A stretch of DNA of 64,000 nt from Candidatus Latescibacterota bacterium (GTDB lineage: Bacteria > Krumholzibacteriota > Krumholzibacteriia > WVZY01), in NCBI GenBank assembly GCA_963791045.1, contig CAWBQK010000002.1, positions 64,001 to 128,000 on the forward strand, given 5' to 3'. Of this stretch, positions 20,462-30,193 are shown in pieces (the stretch's first letter is position 1; each line of letters begins with the position of its first letter). The notes beneath the pieces were generated by a model that was given only the letters and a program-made list of their open reading frames with translations, was not told the origin of the DNA and did no database searches. The position numbers and the translations under genes were made by a program.

Positions 20462-22180
20462 ATGCGCGTTATAAACGGCGTATTAGCGGTGATTTTGATG
20501 TCCATGGTGACGCTCGTATCCTGCAGCAAAGAACAGGGAGAGCTCCCCGTGGCAAAGGTCGCCGACCGGGTGATCACACTTAGCGTTTATGAAAAGACAT
20601 ACTTCGCCGTCGACGACAAATTTCTTCCCGAGGATAAAGGGATTGAGGGAAGGAAAGAGTTCCTCGACACGATGATCAACAGGGACGTCATGGCGATCAA
20701 GGCCGACGAACTCGGATACGACAAAGACCCGTATGTCGTCCAGGGAATGGAAGCGTTCAAAAAGGTGAGCCTCCAGTCGGCCTATATGAAGATCATGGTG
20801 GCCGACAAGATCAATGTGACGGAAAAAGATCTCAAGGCCGGATACGAACTTTACAAAACAAACCTCCAAATCAAGCAGATCCTTGTCGATACTAAAGACG
20901 AAGCCGACGAACTCCATGCGATGCTCGATGAAGGCCAGGACTTCGAGAGTGTGTGCAAACAGTACTCCAAAGGTCCCGAGGCCCAGTCGGGCGGCAAAGT
21001 TGTCAACGCGCTGTGGGGAACGTTCGAACCGACATTCCAGGACGAACTCTTTAGTACGCCCGTTGGCGGCTACACCAAACCGCTCGACAGCCCGTATGGA
21101 TATTTCATCATCAAGGTCCTGGCGAAGAACCAGCCGAAGAGAAAATCGTACGAAGAGACCAAGCCCGATCTCGAAATACTGATCCGTCGGCAGCAGGAGA
21201 TTCGCCTGACCAACGAGATGTCGAACAAGGTCAGGGCAAAGCACAATTATGAGTACTTCGAGTCCAACATTCGTATCGTTTTCGACGCGTTGCCGATCGA
21301 CCGTCCTCTGACAAGCCCGCCGGATCGGTCCCAGGAGGTTTATCCGCTTCTCAACTTCGAATCGAGAGACCTGGACAAACCGCTGGTTTCGTATGACAAC
21401 AAGACGATCACCGTCCGTGATTTTTCGGATTTTTATGACCGCTCGTCGTTCTTCAACAGACCGCGCCGCGAGTACAGGTTCGGCGGGGTCAAGAAGTTCG
21501 TCGTCGATATCGTGATGAACGAAATCGTTCCGATCGAGATGAAAGAATCCCGGGTAGAAGAAGAACCGATGATCGCGCTGGCCCTCCAGAAGAAAAAAGA
21601 ACAGTTCATGGTCGACAAGCTCTTCCAGGATCTCATCGACAAGCAGACATCGGTTCCACCGGGAGAGCTCCGCGAATACTACGACGATAACCTCGAGCAG
21701 TTCCGGCGCGACGAAGAGCGCCGCCTGGGAATCGTGCTCGTTGGGAGCCGCGAATTGGCCCAGGAGGCGCACGGCAAGATCGTGGGCGGAGAAAACTTCG
21801 GTCGGATTTCCGGCGAGTACTCGGTTGACGAACTCACCCGTGAAGATCGTTCGGGAGCTCAATTCGTCCGAAAAGGCCAGAACCCAGACTTTGATGAACC
21901 GGGATTCGCCCTCGAGAACGTCGGCGATGTTTCCGAGCCGTTCGAAACATCACGCGGGTGGATGATCGTCAAACTCATTGAGCGCAGACCCGAGCGGATT
22001 CTCCCGTTTGACGAAGCTCGGTCCGATATCAGCCGTGTGCTCAAGACCATCAAGAACGAGGAGCGGTTGAACTCGCTGCTCGAGAAGTGGCGGTCGGAGA
22101 TCGACATCGAGATCTTCGAAGACAATTTGAAGAAAGCGAACCTGGAAGAAGAGCCCAGGAGAGCGGTCAAGTTCGTTTAA
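20462..22180 (+). CDS. Lipoprotein peptidyl-prolyl isomerase with two parvulin domains
   Basis: SD AAGGAG; lipobox LVSC; FESVCKQYS..SPYGYFII and GDVSEPFETSRGWMIVKL. Confidence 0.85.
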   Translation: MRVINGVLAVILMSMVTLVSCSKEQGELPVAKVADRVITLSVYEKTYFAVDDKFLPEDKGIEGRKEFLDTMINRDVMAIKADELGYDKDPYVVQGMEAFKKVSLQSAYMKIMVADKINVTEKDLKAGYELYKTNLQIKQILVDTKDEADELHAMLDEGQDFESVCKQYSKGPEAQSGGKVVNALWGTFEPTFQDELFSTPVGGYTKPLDSPYGYFIIKVLAKNQPKRKSYEETKPDLEILIRRQQEIRLTNEMSNKVRAKHNYEYFESNIRIVFDALPIDRPLTSPPDRSQEVYPLLNFESRDLDKPLVSYDNKTITVRDFSDFYDRSSFFNRPRREYRFGGVKKFVVDIVMNEIVPIEMKESRVEEEPMIALALQKKKEQFMVDKLFQDLIDKQTSVPPGELREYYDDNLEQFRRDEERRLGIVLVGSRELAQEAHGKIVGGENFGRISGEYSVDELTREDRSGAQFVRKGQNPDFDEPGFALENVGDVSEPFETSRGWMIVKLIERRPERILPFDEARSDISRVLKTIKNEERLNSLLEKWRSEIDIEIFEDNLKKANLEEEPRRAVKFV

Positions 22181-22184
22181 CCGG

Positions 22185-23126
22185 GTGGTTGAGTTGCGGT
22201 ACAGAATAACAGGAATGGCGACAGGGGGCTTCGTGCTCCCTATCGTCGTTTTGGCGACGGGCTTTTTGTTGGGGGGCACCGTTGGGTGTGAGCGGCGGCC
22301 GCTTAGGACTGAACGGGATGATTCTCCGGTTCTGGTCACGGTCAACGGCAAAGAGCTCACCAAGCACGATTTTGATATTTTTCTTCCCGAGGACTATCAG
22401 AGCATCCTCACGCCGCAAGAACGGCGCGATTATCTCGACCGGTGGATTACAACGCAGCTTCTTTACGAAGAAGCTGTTTCGTCGGGGATGGGAGTGTCCG
22501 CCGAAATCGAGGCCAGGCTCGAACAGTACAGAATGGATCTTGCCGCCGATCAGCTGCTCCAGAAAGTGATAGAAGAAAAAGCGGTTGTGACCGACGATGA
22601 TGTTCTCGCGTACTACAATTCGCACAAAAACGAATATCTCCTGGAGTACCGGGTCAGCCATATCCTGGTCAACACTCCGGAGGACGCTGAAAAGGTCAAA
22701 TCGCTTTTGAGTTCGAAGAGTTTTACGTATCTTGTGCAAAGATACTCTGTTGATAAACACGCGCGGGCGGGCGGCGATCTGGGGTATCTTTCGAAAGGGA
22801 ACATGGTTCCCGAATTCGAAGAAATCGTATTTGGTATGAAAGTCGGGGAAATATCCGACGCCATCGAGTCCGATTTCGGGTATCACATAATAAAGATCAT
22901 GGATATTCGTGATGCCCGGGTCAAACTCGAGTTCCTGGATGTCGCCGAGGATCTTGCCAATATTCTGACGATGCGCAAGAGACAAGCCGTTTACGACAGC
23001 CTGGTGACGGCACTTCGGGCCCGCGCCGATATCGATTACAGCGCGGATGCGCCCCAGGTCGGCGATATTGATGACATCATGCCGGAGAGCGAAACCGATA
23101 CGGTGTCCGCGACACAGACCCCTTAA
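22185..23126 (+). CDS. Lipoprotein parvulin-type PPIase (PrsA/PpiC-like)
   Basis: Lipobox TVGC; HILV, GGDLGY, GEISDAIESDFGYHIIK; start could be ATG 22215. Confidence 0.88.
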   Translation: MVELRYRITGMATGGFVLPIVVLATGFLLGGTVGCERRPLRTERDDSPVLVTVNGKELTKHDFDIFLPEDYQSILTPQERRDYLDRWITTQLLYEEAVSSGMGVSAEIEARLEQYRMDLAADQLLQKVIEEKAVVTDDDVLAYYNSHKNEYLLEYRVSHILVNTPEDAEKVKSLLSSKSFTYLVQRYSVDKHARAGGDLGYLSKGNMVPEFEEIVFGMKVGEISDAIESDFGYHIIKIMDIRDARVKLEFLDVAEDLANILTMRKRQAVYDSLVTALRARADIDYSADAPQVGDIDDIMPESETDTVSATQTP

Positions 23127-23151
23127 CGCGGCCGGCAGAAGGAGACGATAC

Positions 23152-24485
23152 ATGCGCGCCCTCGCGCCACGAAATGCAAAGCCCCTCGCGATTTTCATTG
23201 TCGCGGTGTGCGTGATTGCCGGTGCGTTCTCAAGCCCCGTTCAGGCCCAGAACGATCTCGTCGACGGTGTGGTTGCCGTTGTCGAAGATGAAGTAATTCT
23301 CCAAAGCGATGTCGACCGTGCGGTGGCCCAGTATCTCCTCCAATCCGGGGCAACGAATCCCACCGAAGAACAACGGGAAGAACTTGAAAAAGAAGCTCTC
23401 AAGGAGCTGATCAGCAACAAGCTCGTCGTCGTCAAGGCCGCCGAACTCGGGATCACCGTATCGTTCTCCGAGGTCGAAAGCGCGGTCGACCGCACGCTCG
23501 AAGAAAACCGGAAGGCGATGGGGGGGAAGAGGCGTTCAGACGGCAGCTCGAAGCGGAGAACCTCACGATCGATTCCCTGAAAAAACTCTACCGCGAGCAG
23601 ATTCAAAACCGGATGCTCGTCGAGCGGGTACTCGCCGGGCAGATCGACCGGTCAGCGATTGAGATTACCGATGAAGAACTCCTGGCGGCGTATGAGGAAA
23701 AGAAGGCGCTGTTGCCGCCGCGGCCCGCCGTGGTTCATCTCGCGACCATTTTTATCGGGCTCGACTCATCGACGAGCGCGCGCATCGCGGCAAGGGATGT
23801 TATCGATGGTCTTAACCGCCGCATCCTGGCCGGTGAGGACTTCGCCGAACTCGCGAAGGAATACTCGGAAGACCCGAGCGCGGAGACCGGGGGCAGCCTG
23901 GGCAAACTCAAACTTTCCGATCTCAGCAACAGGGCGTTTGCCGATGCGGCGGCCGAATTGGGCGTCGGCGAGGTGAGCGAGCCGGTGCTCACACCTTACG
24001 GTTTTCACCTCATTAAGGTCACGGGCAAGGACGCAATCACGGAAGAGGTCGAGTTGAGCCACATCCTGATCCGGATCAAGGCCGGAGACGAGGATGTCGA
24101 CGATGTTTTCAAGGCGGCCAACGACGTTCACGCTGAGCTTGTCGCGGGCGCGCCGTTCGATTCGACGGCGATCAAGTACAGCACTGACACCAATACAGCA
24201 TCGCAGGGCGGCGACCTCGGGTGGCTGAAGGCCGAGGACCTGCCCGAATTTTTTCAGGATGTTCTTCGCGGGATGACCGATGGTGAAATCAGCCCGGTAC
24301 TCCGCGAGCCATCGGGTTTTCGGATCGTCAAGCTGATCGAACGAGAAGCATCGAGACCGTACGAATTCGAAGAGGTTCGCGACGAACTTCGCCAGCTTCT
24401 CGAACAGGAAAAGATGACGTCGATGTATGACGTTTATCTCGAAGAACTCAAAACCGAGTTTTATGTCGAGGTGCGCGACAACTAA
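23152..24485 (+). CDS. surA: SurA-like periplasmic chaperone/PPIase (frameshift in the G run near 23520)
   Basis: VDGVVAVVEDEVILQSD (SurA_N), two parvulin domains (FAELAKEYSED, GGDLGW); lies upstream of pdxA. Confidence 0.85.
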
Positions 24486-24488
24486 GAC

Positions 24489-24767
24489 ATGAGAATCGAT
24501 CTGGCGTTGAAGCACCTGTGCCTGGTCAAGAGCCGTTCGAGCGTCAAACACTTTTGTGATGACGGCGCGGTTCAGGTCAATGACCTGTCGGCAAAACCCT
24601 CGGCCACCGTACGCACCGGTGACAAGATAACAATCCGTTTTCCCCACCGCACAGTCACGTTCGAGCTTCTCGATGTTCCCGAGAAACAGTTGAGCAAGTC
24701 CGTTGCCCCCACGTATTATCAGATAATCTCGGATGAAGATACGAGGTACGACGATGACGACTTCTAA
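24489..24767 (+). CDS. S4-domain RNA-binding protein (RqcP/YabO/Hsp15-like)
   Basis: MRIDLAL..LVKSRS..G.VQVN...AKPSATVRTGDKITI. Confidence 0.85.
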   Translation: MRIDLALKHLCLVKSRSSVKHFCDDGAVQVNDLSAKPSATVRTGDKITIRFPHRTVTFELLDVPEKQLSKSVAPTYYQIISDEDTRYDDDDF

Positions 24768-25887
24768 CAAAAAAACGACCAGCCCGGAACCCGCCAACGC
24801 GTCGAGGCGCGTGGGGAGACCTGTGCTTGCCGTCACAACGGGAGAACCCGGCGGAATCGGCCCCGAAATCACCGCGCGTTTTTTTGCCGGTTTTCGTCCG
24901 GGGCGATCCACGGCCCTCGTGATCGGATCGATGAAGGTCCTGGGTCCTGTTTTCACCCGCTATGGTACCGAAGTATCGGTCATCAATCCCGGCGCCCGTG
25001 GGGCGCCCGGTGGGCGCGCCGCGGCCCGGCCCAGCATAGATGATTTGGCAGCTGTGACTTCGGACGTTTTGGCCGAGCGGGGTTCCCGGCGATTCCCCGA
25101 TGTGTTAGTTCTCGACACGGCCTGCAGCGATCGCTTTTCCACGGGGCGAGATTCGCGCGGCGGCGGGCGCCACAGCGGAGTTGCGCTCGAAACGGCTTGC
25201 CGGCTGGCCTCCGATGGGGTCGCCGAAGGGATCGTCACGGCGCCATTATCCAAAAACTCTTTAAATATGGCAGGTTACAAGTTCACGGGGCACACGGAAA
25301 TGCTCGCAAAGTATTTTCGCGCGCCCGACTGCCAAATGGTCATGACGTACCGACATTTTCGTGTCGTCCCGCTTACCCGGCATGTTCCGTTGAAATCAGT
25401 GAGCCGCCAGGTCACGAAAGAGAAGATCGTCACGGCGATCCGTGTCTTGGAAGCCGCTCTGAGAGAACAGTTTGGGGTGGCTCGGCCGACTATCGCCGTC
25501 GCCGGGCTCAACCCGCACGCGGGGGACGGCGGGGTGATCGGCCGCGAGGAAATCGAGGTGATCAAACCGGCCCTCGAACGGGCGCGCCGGATGGGGTTCA
25601 GGGTCGAGGGTCCCGTCGCCGGGGATGCGCTTTTTCAGCATGCGGCGAGTGGCACGTTTGATGCCTTTATCTCGATGTACCACGACCAGGGCTTGATTCC
25701 TTTCAAAATGATTTCGAAAAGACGGGGTGTAAACGTTACAGTCGGGTTGCCCGTCATCCGGACCTCTGTCGACCACGGTGTCGCATATGACCTTGTGGAT
25801 CAAGGGGTTGCAAGCATTGACAGCCTCGCGGAGGCATACCGGTTGGCCGAGAAACTCGCCTCGAGCCGCAGGAAAGCGCCATTATGA
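24754..25887 (+). CDS. pdxA: 4-hydroxythreonine-4-phosphate dehydrogenase
   Basis: TTGEPGGIGPE, GHTEML, GLNPHAGDGG, MYHDQGLIPFK, RTSVDHG. Confidence 0.95.
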   Translation: MTTSNKKTTSPEPANASRRVGRPVLAVTTGEPGGIGPEITARFFAGFRPGRSTALVIGSMKVLGPVFTRYGTEVSVINPGARGAPGGRAAARPSIDDLAAVTSDVLAERGSRRFPDVLVLDTACSDRFSTGRDSRGGGRHSGVALETACRLASDGVAEGIVTAPLSKNSLNMAGYKFTGHTEMLAKYFRAPDCQMVMTYRHFRVVPLTRHVPLKSVSRQVTKEKIVTAIRVLEAALREQFGVARPTIAVAGLNPHAGDGGVIGREEIEVIKPALERARRMGFRVEGPVAGDALFQHAASGTFDAFISMYHDQGLIPFKMISKRRGVNVTVGLPVIRTSVDHGVAYDLVDQGVASIDSLAEAYRLAEKLASSRRKAPL

Positions 25888-26657
25888 CGGATCCGTTGGA
25901 ACCCAGAAAAGTTATAGGTATCTACCACCTCCATAAGCTCTACGAAGACCAGCCCATCTTGAGGGACGTGAACCTCCAGGTCGGCAACGGAGAATTTGTG
26001 TTTCTCGTCGGACCCAGCGGAGCGGGCAAGAGCACCCTGCTGCGGATGATCTACATGGACGAGGCGCCGAGCGAGGGACAGGTGGTGGTCGGGTCATACG
26101 TTTCTACAAACATGAAACGCTCGCAGATTCCGTTTTTGAGACGTAAGGTGGGGATCATATTCCAGGATTTCAAGCTCCTCGAAGACCGGGATGTTTTCGA
26201 AAACGTCGCGATCGCAATGCGAGTTATCGGTGTGAAGAATGCCGAAATCAAAAAACGCGTTATCCAGGTTCTCACCCAGGTCGGTCTCTATCACAAACGC
26301 TATGACCGCCCCGTCAGACTCTCCGGCGGCGAACAACAGCGTGTTGCCATCGCCCGGGCGATCATAAACAGTCCCGAGATTCTTCTTGCCGACGAGCCTA
26401 CCGGCAATCTCGACCCCGAAGTCACAACGGAAATCCTCCAGCTGCTTCTTCGGATCAACAGCTCGGGGACCGCGGTGCTTATGGCGACGCACAACCACGA
26501 ACTTGTCAGAAGCTTCGGCCAGCGAATTGTGTTTCTGCGCGACGGCACCATCGAAGAGGATATCCGGTTGGGACTCGCCGCGTTTACCAGGGACCGAGTT
26601 GGGATTTCACAACCGGCGGGACGGAGCCGCGATTGGGAGCGGGGTGACAAGCCGTGA
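25884..26657 (+). CDS. ftsE: Cell division ATP-binding protein FtsE
   Basis: GPSGAGKST, LRRKVGIIFQDFKLL, LSGGEQQR, DEPTGNLD; followed by ftsX. Confidence 0.95.
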   Translation: MTDPLEPRKVIGIYHLHKLYEDQPILRDVNLQVGNGEFVFLVGPSGAGKSTLLRMIYMDEAPSEGQVVVGSYVSTNMKRSQIPFLRRKVGIIFQDFKLLEDRDVFENVAIAMRVIGVKNAEIKKRVIQVLTQVGLYHKRYDRPVRLSGGEQQRVAIARAIINSPEILLADEPTGNLDPEVTTEILQLLLRINSSGTAVLMATHNHELVRSFGQRIVFLRDGTIEEDIRLGLAAFTRDRVGISQPAGRSRDWERGDKP

Positions 26658-27523
26658 GACCGCACCAGTTCTTGTATCTCGTTTCGGAATCGTTCAGCAC
26701 GCTCGGCCGTCACAAAGCGGTCACGTTTCTCTCCGTTATGATAATGAGCCTGACGCTTCTTATTCTCGCCGTGTTCCTGCTCGCCACCGACAATGTGCTC
26801 ACGTTTCTCGACCGCGCCAAAAGCGACATGACGGTGTATGTGTATCTCAAGGACGACGTGCCCGATTGGATTTTGCAGCAGCAGTACGCGCAGGTTCTCA
26901 AGATGAACGAGGTCGAGACCGTTGAGCTGATTTCAAAAGAACAGGCGATGGCCGAGTTCCGTGAAGAACTCGGGGAGGAACGCTCGATCCTCGAGGCGCT
27001 CGAGGCCAACCCGCTGCCCGCGTCGTTTCGGGTCACACTCAAGAAAGAGTTTCGGGAGAAGGAGTCGATCGAACGGTTTGTTGAGGCGATCGGTTCGATG
27101 ACAATCGTCGAGGAGATTGGTTACGGGAAAGAGTTCATCGACCAGTTTGCCACGCTGACGCGGGCGTTTTTGTACGTGGATCTTGTTCTCGGGCTTATCG
27201 TCATCCTCTCTTCGGTGTTTATTATCTCGAATACGGTGCGGCTCACAATATTGAGTCGGCGCAAGACGGTCGAGGTTCTTAAGCTCGTTGGCGCGACAAA
27301 CCGGTTTATCACGATGCCGTTCGTGATCGAGGGCGCGTTCCAGTCGGGGCTGGCCTCGCTTGTGTCGCTCGCCCTGCTTTTTGGGATTTTCCTGGTCACC
27401 CGTGGAATGATTCCCGACATCGCCTTTCTCAAGCCCGACAAGATCGCTCTCTATGTTTTGACGTGTGTTCTTCTCGGGTCGATCGGCAGCCTGGCGTCGC
27501 TTCGGCGTCACCTCAAACTTTAA
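26654..27523 (+). CDS. ftsX: Cell division permease FtsX
   Basis: Four TM segments; NPLPASF, ISNTVRLTI, LKLVGAT..FI..PF..EG. Confidence 0.95.
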   Translation: MRPHQFLYLVSESFSTLGRHKAVTFLSVMIMSLTLLILAVFLLATDNVLTFLDRAKSDMTVYVYLKDDVPDWILQQQYAQVLKMNEVETVELISKEQAMAEFREELGEERSILEALEANPLPASFRVTLKKEFREKESIERFVEAIGSMTIVEEIGYGKEFIDQFATLTRAFLYVDLVLGLIVILSSVFIISNTVRLTILSRRKTVEVLKLVGATNRFITMPFVIEGAFQSGLASLVSLALLFGIFLVTRGMIPDIAFLKPDKIALYVLTCVLLGSIGSLASLRRHLKL

Positions 27524-27563
27524 CCACCCCGCCGTGGGGGACGGATTTGTTGTGGCAAAAGGG

Positions 27564-28823
27564 ATGGAATACAAACGGTGGTGGGGATTTTCGTCGACCC
27601 GGTCGACGTTGTCGGCTTCGTCGCCGTCGATGTTGCCGTCGACTCGGTCGATGTCGATTGGGTTGAGCGTCTCGCTCGCCGTTTTTTTCTTTGTTATGCT
27701 TTGCGCCTCGCCGGCGCGCCCGCAGTCCGGGTCGCTCGACGATCGTATCCATTCCCAGAAGGGCAAGCTCCAGGACATCGAAGTCCAGATCAAAAAGCAC
27801 CGCGCCGACACCCAGCAGCTCAAGAAAAAAGAGACGGACGTTCTCAAACAGCTTTCGTATCTCGATAAGGAAATCGCCCTGGCGACGCGGTATCTTGCCG
27901 AGCTCGGCAAGAAGGAACGGCTTCTCAACCAGCAGATCGACAGTTTGCGGGCGAATATTTCGGTCGAGGGCAATGTCCTTGTTCGTCAAAAGGCGATTCT
28001 CGCCGAACGTGTCCGCCAGATGTACATGCGTGGGCCCGAGCATCAATGGGTGTTCGTACTCGGCGGAGAGGACATGTCTGACAAACTTCGCCGCTACAAA
28101 TTCATGCGGATGGTGGCCGAGCGGGATGCCCAGCTGATCCACGCAGTCGATGAACGAAAGCAGGGGCTCGAACTCGAACAAGCCGGGGTGACCGAGGCGC
28201 TCGCAGATATTGCGGCGACCAGGTCGGTCCAGGAGGCGGAAGCGGCGAAGCTTCAGAAAAACAAGCGCACGCGTGTGTCGATGCTCAACCAGATCGGCGC
28301 CGATCAAACCAAGAACCAGCAGGCGATCAACAAACTAGAAAAGTCGCAAGAGCAGCTCAAAAACTTGATCGGTCAGCTCGAGCGAAGCCGCGAGGATCCC
28401 ACGGGGCTTCCGCCCGGCGGGTTTGTAAAGCTTAAAGGGCGACTCGGCAAACCGGTTTCGGGCAAGATTATCGGATCGTTCGGTAAATCCCGCCATCCTA
28501 CCTACGGCACGGTAACCTTCAACAACGGTGTCGACATCCAGGCGGCGGACGGTTCTCCGATCCGGGCGGTGGCGGCAGGCCGGGTAGAATTTGTCGACTG
28601 GATAGACAGCTACGGGAATTGTATTATCATCAATCACGGGGGCGGGTACTACACCCTCTACGCACACGCGTCCGACATTTTCGTGCGGCCCGACCAGAAC
28701 GTGTTGGGCAACGATGTGATCGCCGAGGTCGGGGACACGGGATCCCTCCACGGTTACGCGTGTCACTTCGAAATTCGACAATCCAAACAGGCGCTGAACC
28801 CGATGGAGTGGTTCGCCAAATAG
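27564..28823 (+). CDS. envC: Murein hydrolase activator EnvC-like (coiled coil plus M23 domain)
   Basis: Long coiled coil and a degenerate M23 domain (NNGVDI, TLYAH, HFEIR) directly after ftsEX; start uncertain. Confidence 0.85.
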   Translation: MEYKRWWGFSSTRSTLSASSPSMLPSTRSMSIGLSVSLAVFFFVMLCASPARPQSGSLDDRIHSQKGKLQDIEVQIKKHRADTQQLKKKETDVLKQLSYLDKEIALATRYLAELGKKERLLNQQIDSLRANISVEGNVLVRQKAILAERVRQMYMRGPEHQWVFVLGGEDMSDKLRRYKFMRMVAERDAQLIHAVDERKQGLELEQAGVTEALADIAATRSVQEAEAAKLQKNKRTRVSMLNQIGADQTKNQQAINKLEKSQEQLKNLIGQLERSREDPTGLPPGGFVKLKGRLGKPVSGKIIGSFGKSRHPTYGTVTFNNGVDIQAADGSPIRAVAAGRVEFVDWIDSYGNCIIINHGGGYYTLYAHASDIFVRPDQNVLGNDVIAEVGDTGSLHGYACHFEIRQSKQALNPMEWFAK

Positions 28824-28843
28824 TATGCGAAGGGATTCAGGAC

Positions 28844-29957
28844 GTGGGGAGTAAGAGCGGGCTGGAAGGAGCGGGGTTTCCCGTTTTAAATCTCGGGCAC
28901 GAGTCGGTCGAGTCATTCCTCTCGTCGTGTCTTGAGACGCATGTTCCCGCGCTTCTTTTCACCGGGCACGAAGGGGCGGGGAAAGAACTGACCGCCATTA
29001 ATTTTGCCCGGCGGTTGTGCTGTACCGAAGACGCGACGTGTCGCCTCGACGGCGCCCTGTGTCCGAGCTGTCAGCAGGCGCTTGCCCTCGAACACCCGGG
29101 GATTCATCTCATTTATCCCACCCCAACTCAGGGGGCGCGAGAGAAAGAAGGGGACGACGACCCCGATATCAGCAAGATCCTCGAAGAAAAACGCCAGGAC
29201 CTGTTCAGCACCCACAAATTTTCGAAAAAGGTCTCGATACGGATTGCCCGCGCCCGCGCCGTCATCCGGCGGGCGAATTCAAAACCGTTCGGCAGTTCGC
29301 ACAATGTTTTTGTGTTCGTCGATGCCCATCTGATGCGCGAAGAAGCGCAAAACGCGCTTCTCAAGCTTGTCGAAGAACCTCCCGGGCATTGTGTTCTGAT
29401 TTTCATCACGCCCAATCCCGATACAATCCTCAATACGATCCGGTCGCGCTGCCAGCAAGTCCGGTTCGCGCCGCTCGACGCCGGTGTGATCGAGAAAATT
29501 CTCGTCGGTCACTACTGATATGGAGACGGAAAACGCCGCCGGAGTGGCCGCCCTCGCCCGCGGTGACATCAACAAGGCGAAGGAGATCGCCTCGGATTTT
29601 GATGACGAGGGTCGGCGTATCGTTTTTGGAATTCTCGAACGGCTGCGGAAGTCGCCCGGAGTCATGGGCGATGGAGAGCGCGCTCGTCGTTGCCCGGAGC
29701 ACCAACCGGGACAGCGCCGCGCGGTTTCTGGACGAGCTGGCGCTCGGCATACCGCGACGTGATGACCGGCGACGAGTCGCTGTTTATCAACCGGGATCAG
29801 GCGGAGGCTTGAAGGCTCAAGTGAGGTTGGGATCAGCGAAGTTCTCCCCCGGATACTGGACAAGATCGTGGTGACCCGCGACGGGATCCTCCGCCGCAAC
29901 CTCAATATCGATGCCGCGCTCGTTGATCTCTTCCTTGATATCAAGCACTTAGGGTGA
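28844..29957 (+). CDS. holB: DNA polymerase III delta-prime subunit (several frameshifts 29515-29830)
   Basis: LLFTGHEGAGK, zinc-module Cys residues, EAQNALLKLVEEPP, TIRSRC; C-terminal RRNLNIDAALVDLFL in a shifted frame. Confidence 0.88.
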
Positions 29958-30010
29958 TAGAATCGTCGGACTTTCCGGGCTCGTTTACACTTAGTAATTT
30001 GCCGCTGCTA

Positions 30011-30180
30011 AGCGGGATCGACATAAGTTTCTCGCGCTTAGTTTCGCGGCGCCGAACTCGATAGCACATCGTTTCCAACTTGCCGCGCTCTAACGCAAGC
30101 AGGCGCACTCGAAACTTATGTCGGTCCCGCTCGGCCGACAACGACTACTCGGCGAAACGAAACTAATGTCAATTCCCGAT
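30011..30180. repeat. Inverted-repeat element between holB and metG
   Basis: AGCGGGATCGACATAAGTTTC (30011-30031) and GAAACTTATGTCGGTCCCGCT (30111-30131) are complementary at 20/21 nt; degenerate third arm at 30159-30180. Confidence 0.8.
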
Positions 30181-30193
30181 TGGGTAAGAAGAC

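Noticed and set aside
27594-27657. Degenerate TCGAC/TCGAT tandem repeats at the envC 5' end
   Set aside because: Short low-complexity Ser-rich stretch with no regular period; it mainly makes the start codon uncertain
29516-29518. TGA in holB as a possible selenocysteine codon
   Set aside because: The protein continues in a different frame (ORF from 29520), so this is a frameshift and not read-through; the position is not a redox motif
29958-30193. T-box or SAM riboswitch ahead of metG
   Set aside because: No T-box AGGGTGGNACCGCG or SAM-I core motifs and no terminator are visible
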